From positions 96,001 through 160,000 of the forward strand of contig CAWVRN010000002.1 of assembly GCA_963932905.1 (NCBI GenBank): DNA of 64,000 nt, in the 5' to 3' direction. Of this stretch, positions 60,085 to 64,000 are shown piece by piece. The notes under the pieces were generated by a model. It did not search any database, had not been told where the DNA came from, and saw nothing but the letters and a program-made list of their open reading frames with translations. Each line of letters begins with the position of its first letter. Position 1 is the stretch's first letter. Origin of the DNA: an uncultured Bdellovibrio sp. GTDB taxonomy: Bacteria > Bdellovibrionota > Bdellovibrionia > Bdellovibrionales > Bdellovibrionaceae. A program made the position numbers and the translations under genes.

Positions 60085-60483
60085 ATGGACGAAATAGACT
60101 ATAAGACCAAATTTAAAGTCAGTAGCCAGGTTCTACAGAGCTTGTTTGAGAATGGCAAGAGCCCATTGTCAGAGCATTTCTTACGTTGGAAATTATGGTC
60201 ACGATGGAAAGAGTTGATGGGCGACGGTATCGCAGAAAACTCAGAACCAGTGGGATATCACCAGAAAAAGCTCTACATTTTTGTAAAAAATTCAAGCGTC
60301 ATGCACCACATGTATTTCCTAAAGAAAAACATGATCAAAAAAATCGCCAAAGAATTTCATCCTACATTCGTGAATGAGATCATTTTCACATTAGATAAAC
60401 GAAGCGTTCCGCGCGAAAGCATCCAGTCGGATACCTTGAAAGAAAACATCGATAAAATCTTGCAGCGAGACGCCGAGGACTAA
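60085..60483 (+). CDS. dciA: DUF721/DciA-family replicative helicase loader
   Basis: W..LMG..IAENSEP...L.IFVKNSS DUF721 pattern. Confidence 0.7.
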   Translation: MDEIDYKTKFKVSSQVLQSLFENGKSPLSEHFLRWKLWSRWKELMGDGIAENSEPVGYHQKKLYIFVKNSSVMHHMYFLKKNMIKKIAKEFHPTFVNEIIFTLDKRSVPRESIQSDTLKENIDKILQRDAED

Positions 60484-60486
60484 GAA

Positions 60487-60537
60487 GTGCCAGGCTACTT
60501 TTCCGGACGCGCTGCTTACGTAAAAGTAGCCTGGCAC
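60487..60537. repeat. REP-like palindrome or bidirectional terminator
   Basis: GTGCCAGGCTACTTTT-N19-AAAAGTAGCCTGGCAC, perfect 16-bp stem between convergent dciA and rpoH. Confidence 0.75.
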
Positions 60538-60540
60538 CGG

Positions 60541-61731
60541 TTAGAAGTCGCCGAATTTGTCTTTTATTTTTTTGATTAGGCGAGCTTCCATTTGGCGGAC
60601 GGCTTCGCGGGTGATTCCGTATTTTTCGCCGATTTCTTGCAGAGTGAGTGGTTCTTCGTTTAGTAAACGTTCGTGAAGAATGATTTTCTCGCGCTCTGAT
60701 AGGCCGGGCTCTAGTTCGGATACTTTGCTTTGCAATAGTTTGATCATTTCTTCGCGAGCGAAGCTGTCTTCCATCGATTCGGTCGAGGATTGCTGAAAGG
60801 CGCCTAGTGATGGCGAATCTTCGTCGCCGACTGGGCGATCCAAGCTGACGTCGCGGCCGCTTAAACGTTGAGCCATGATTTTGATTTCGTCTTCTGGAAT
60901 ACCTAAACGTTCTGATAGTTCGTGCAGGTTTTGCTCGTTCGACAACGCTTCTAGATTATTTTTTTCTTTTTGTAACTGATAGAAAAGTTTTCTTTGGTTT
61001 TGAGTCGTTCCGATCCTAACCATGGAATACTGGCGCATCAAATATTCTTGGATGTAACCACGAATCCACCAAACCGCATAAGTGATCAAGCGTGCGCCTT
61101 TGTAGGGATTGTACTCGCGTACGGCGTGCATTAAACCCACGTTGCCTTCCTGGATTAAATCAATCAGCTTGGCGCCGAACTTTGAATACTCGGCTGCGAT
61201 CTTAACTACGAAACGCAGATTACTACGCACCAATAATTGAGCGGCTTCGGGATCTTTTGTTTCAAAATACTTTTCTGAAATTTCTTTTTCTTTTTCACGC
61301 GTCAGAAGCGGGTATTTTCTGATTTCATTTAAATACAGAACTAACGGATCTGATGTTTTCGGCAGATGGCTAGAGGCGATGGCCACCGCTTTTTCCGATA
61401 CATTAACTACGGGTTCATCGGCTTGAGGCTCTTCGGTATCAAATTCGAAATCGTCATCGTGTGATTCATGATACGCAGCTTCGGCTTTTTCGGCGGCGAT
61501 ATCTAAAGGAGACAATTCTTCGTCAGACTCCGTAACAATTTCGACAGGTGCCGATTTTTTAGAAACGTCTTTGAATTTGAGTTTACTGTCGTCGACGATT
61601 TCTGCTGTGACAGCTTTTGATTTAATTTTGGGCGTGACCACTTTCTTAGTCGGTTTCTGAGCCGACCCTTTCGCAGAAGTAGTCGCCTTAGAAACCACCT
61701 TTTTTTTGGCCGGTTTCTTTGTGTCTGTCAT
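60541..61731 (-). CDS. rpoH: RpoH-type (sigma32 family) sigma factor with an N-terminal extension
   Basis: SNLRFVVKIA, DLIQEGNVGLM, YAVWWIR, RpoH-box-like GTTQNQRKLFYQL, TLQEIG...REAVRQ. Confidence 0.88.
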   Translation of the reverse strand: MTDTKKPAKKKVVSKATTSAKGSAQKPTKKVVTPKIKSKAVTAEIVDDSKLKFKDVSKKSAPVEIVTESDEELSPLDIAAEKAEAAYHESHDDDFEFDTEEPQADEPVVNVSEKAVAIASSHLPKTSDPLVLYLNEIRKYPLLTREKEKEISEKYFETKDPEAAQLLVRSNLRFVVKIAAEYSKFGAKLIDLIQEGNVGLMHAVREYNPYKGARLITYAVWWIRGYIQEYLMRQYSMVRIGTTQNQRKLFYQLQKEKNNLEALSNEQNLHELSERLGIPEDEIKIMAQRLSGRDVSLDRPVGDEDSPSLGAFQQSSTESMEDSFAREEMIKLLQSKVSELEPGLSEREKIILHERLLNEEPLTLQEIGEKYGITREAVRQMEARLIKKIKDKFGDF

Positions 61732-61737
61732 AATGGT

Positions 61738-62043
61738 CTAGCCTATGTGCTTCTTTAACATTTTTTGGAGGCTATCTTGAATCGTCCCTTTAAGGGGAGT
61801 CAACAAAAACGGCAGATCTATGTTAATTGTAATCTGACTACCAGTACCGGCTTCTTTAACTTTGAAGTCGCCTTTAAACTGAGAACCCTTTAGGTCGCAG
61901 GAATAAGCCGGATCATTGAACTTGCACTCTACTTTAGGATCGTATTTTTTGATTTCATCTGTCTTTTCGAAAAAGTCTTTTAGCTTAGAGTAGGTATCTG
62001 TCACGCCGTGGCTAGTAGGGTAGTCGATGGATATTTTTGGCAT
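61738..62043 (-). CDS. Polyhydroxyalkanoic-acid-system family (PHA_gran_rgn-like) small protein
   Basis: MPKISI N-terminus and IDLPFLLTPLKGTI motif. Confidence 0.7.
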   Translation of the reverse strand: MPKISIDYPTSHGVTDTYSKLKDFFEKTDEIKKYDPKVECKFNDPAYSCDLKGSQFKGDFKVKEAGTGSQITINIDLPFLLTPLKGTIQDSLQKMLKKHIG

Positions 62044-62172
62044 TACGAATCTCCTTTTCCAAATAAGGGTACGACTTCGATACTAGAATAAAGCTGGGAA
62101 AAAGAACAACGTTTTGACCTCAGCACTGACCTGTGTCAGTATTTAGTTTCGTTTCATAATCAAGGAACCTTC

Positions 62173-64000
62173 ATGGAAAAATCATCAAAATTTGTATTAG
62201 AGAAAAAACGAACTCATTATTGTGGCTTATTAAATAAAAGCCTTGATGGGAAAAAGGTAACCGTCATGGGTTGGGTTTCGAACCGACGCGACCACGGCAG
62301 CCTAGTATTTATTGATCTTCGTGACCGCGAAGGTTTAGTGCAAGTCGTACTTGATCCTAAAAAAGCAGAAACAGCGCAAGCGAAAGATCTTCGTGGCGAA
62401 TATGTTTTAGCTGTTGAAGGCATCGTGAAAGTGCGTCCTGAAGGTATGCGCAATTCAAAATTAAAAACAGGTGAAATCGAAATCGAAGCGTTGAATTGTG
62501 AAATATTAAATGAAGCAGCGGTTCCTCCATTTCAAATCGATGATACGAATGTGAATGAAATGTTACGACTAAAGTACAGGTACTTGGATTTACGTTCACC
62601 AACGTTACAGAATAATTTGTTCACTCGCCATAAAGTCGCGCAGCTAGTACGTCGCTATCTTTCAGATAATGGTTTTATCGAAGTTGAAACTCCGATTTTG
62701 TATAAATCAACACCAGAAGGCGCACGTGACTATTTAGTTCCGTCACGTGTGAATTTGGGTCATTTCTATGCGCTTCCTCAGTCGCCACAAACATTGAAGC
62801 AATTATTAATGATTTCAGGATTTGATCGCTATTTCCAACTAGCTCGTTGTTTCCGCGATGAAGATCTGCGTGCGGATCGTCAGCCAGAATTTTCACAAAT
62901 CGATATCGAGATGTCATTCATCGACGTGGAAGATATTATCGATATGAATGAAAGAATGGTTCAATACATTTGGAAAGAAATCAAAGGGATCGATATTCCA
63001 AAAATCCCTCGTATGAGTTTCCAAGAAGCTATGGATCGTTACGGTTCAGACAAGCCAGACATCAGTTTCGGTATGGAAATTAAAGATCTTTCAAAGGTTG
63101 TGGGTACTACTTCTGGCTTCAAAGTCTTCGACGAAGTGATTGCCCGCGGCGGTATTGTTCGCGGTATCTCGGTTCCAAAAGGCGGCAGTTATACTCGCGG
63201 TCAATTTGATAAATTGACAGAGATCGCAAAGCGCGCGGGTGCTAAGGGTCTTGTGTGGATTAAATCTGAAGAAAGTGGCGAACTTTCAACGCCAATTTCA
63301 AAATTCTTATCTAAAGAAATTCTAGAAGGTATTTTCAAAGCGACGGGTTCACAAAAAGGTGATGCGTGTTTGATCGTGGCGGATGATTATGATCCAGCGT
63401 GTGCGACATTGAGTACTTTACGTTTGCATCTTGGTCGCGAATTGAATTTACTGGACCGTTCGAAATATCACTTCCTATGGGTTGTAGATTTCCCTCTGCT
63501 TGAGTACTCTCCAGATGAAAAACGCTGGGTAGCCCGTCACCATCCATTCACTTCACCTAAAGATGAATCGTATGATGACTTGATCAACAACAACGAGAAA
63601 AACTTCGGGAAAATGTTAGCGAAAGCTTACGACTTAGTTTGTAATGGTTACGAATTAGGTGGTGGTAGCATCCGTATCTATCGTAACGAAATTCAGCAAG
63701 CTATGTTCCGCGTATTAGGTATGTCAGAAGAAGATACGAAAACTAAATTTGGCTACTTTTTGGATGCTTTGAAATACGGAACGCCTCCGCATGGTGGTAT
63801 TGCCTGGGGTATGGATCGTCTGATCATGTTATTGTGTGGCACTGATGCTATCCGTGACGTTATTGCATTCCCTAAAACTGCGAAAGCCACTGACTTGATG
63901 TCAGAAGCACCAACACCAGTAAATCGTGATCAGTTAAACGAAGTGGGCGTCCGCTTATCTCCGCAAGCTGAGAAGTTTATCGAAGACGCTAAGAAACAAA
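62173..64000 (+). CDS. aspS: Aspartate-tRNA ligase; runs off the right edge of the window
   Basis: Absent from the ORF track. From ATG 62173: [67 protein letters not shown]. Confidence 0.97.
   Translation, partial: MEKSSKFVLEKKRTHYCGLLNKSLDGKKVTVMGWVSNRRDHGSLVFIDLRDREGLVQVVLDPKKAETAQAKDLRGEYVLAVEGIVKVRPEGMRNSKLKTGEIEIEALNCEILNEAAVPPFQIDDTNVNEMLRLKYRYLDLRSPTLQNNLFTRHKVAQLVRRYLSDNGFIEVETPILYKSTPEGARDYLVPSRVNLGHFYALPQSPQTLKQLLMISGFDRYFQLARCFRDEDLRADRQPEFSQIDIEMSFIDVEDIIDMNERMVQYIWKEIKGIDIPKIPRMSFQEAMDRYGSDKPDISFGMEIKDLSKVVGTTSGFKVFDEVIARGGIVRGISVPKGGSYTRGQFDKLTEIAKRAGAKGLVWIKSEESGELSTPISKFLSKEILEGIFKATGSQKGDACLIVADDYDPACATLSTLRLHLGRELNLLDRSKYHFLWVVDFPLLEYSPDEKRWVARHHPFTSPKDESYDDLINNNEKNFGKMLAKAYDLVCNGYELGGGSIRIYRNEIQQAMFRVLGMSEEDTKTKFGYFLDALKYGTPPHGGIAWGMDRLIMLLCGTDAIRDVIAFPKTAKATDLMSEAPTPVNRDQLNEVGVRLSPQAEKFIEDAKKQ

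Noticed and set aside
62217..63547. Short minus-strand ORFs at the right end
   Set aside because: Antisense to aspS, which the ORF track missed because its stop lies beyond the window

Overview
This looks like chromosomal DNA from a Bdellovibrionota (Bdellovibrionaceae-like) bacterium. That assignment is inferred from the Bd0055-type histone fold, the flagellar gene layout and the secreted-protein families. From left to right the window holds: a partial secreted papain-like peptidase; a lipoprotein-mlaEFD operon; a large flagellar basal-body/hook cluster (TPR protein, degenerate sigma54-activator-like protein, flgBC, fliEFGHI, inserted orphan, fliJ, MotE-like, fliK, flgD, TIGR02530, flgE); a NIT-domain chemoreceptor; several secreted Cys-rich lipoproteins; mdh, an alcohol dehydrogenase and htpG-trx; an NtrC regulator with a kinase-less DHp protein; glmUS, an mltF-like gene and tdk; three paralogous minor pilins facing a five-gene translationally coupled operon built around a membrane-fused spermidine-synthase-like enzyme; a beta-barrel/lipoprotein pair; an adenylate cyclase; trmFO, dciA, rpoH and a partial aspS. 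The most notable points are: (1) a zinc-finger (ZZ-type) histone-fold gene 8 bp downstream of flgD inside the flagellar operon; (2) the aminopropyltransferase-like/split-MFS/acyltransferase operon beside the pilins; (3) candidate structured RNA leaders for flgE and htpG. I recognised no rRNA, tRNA, CRISPR array or transposase. All family assignments come from motif recognition by eye, not database searches.
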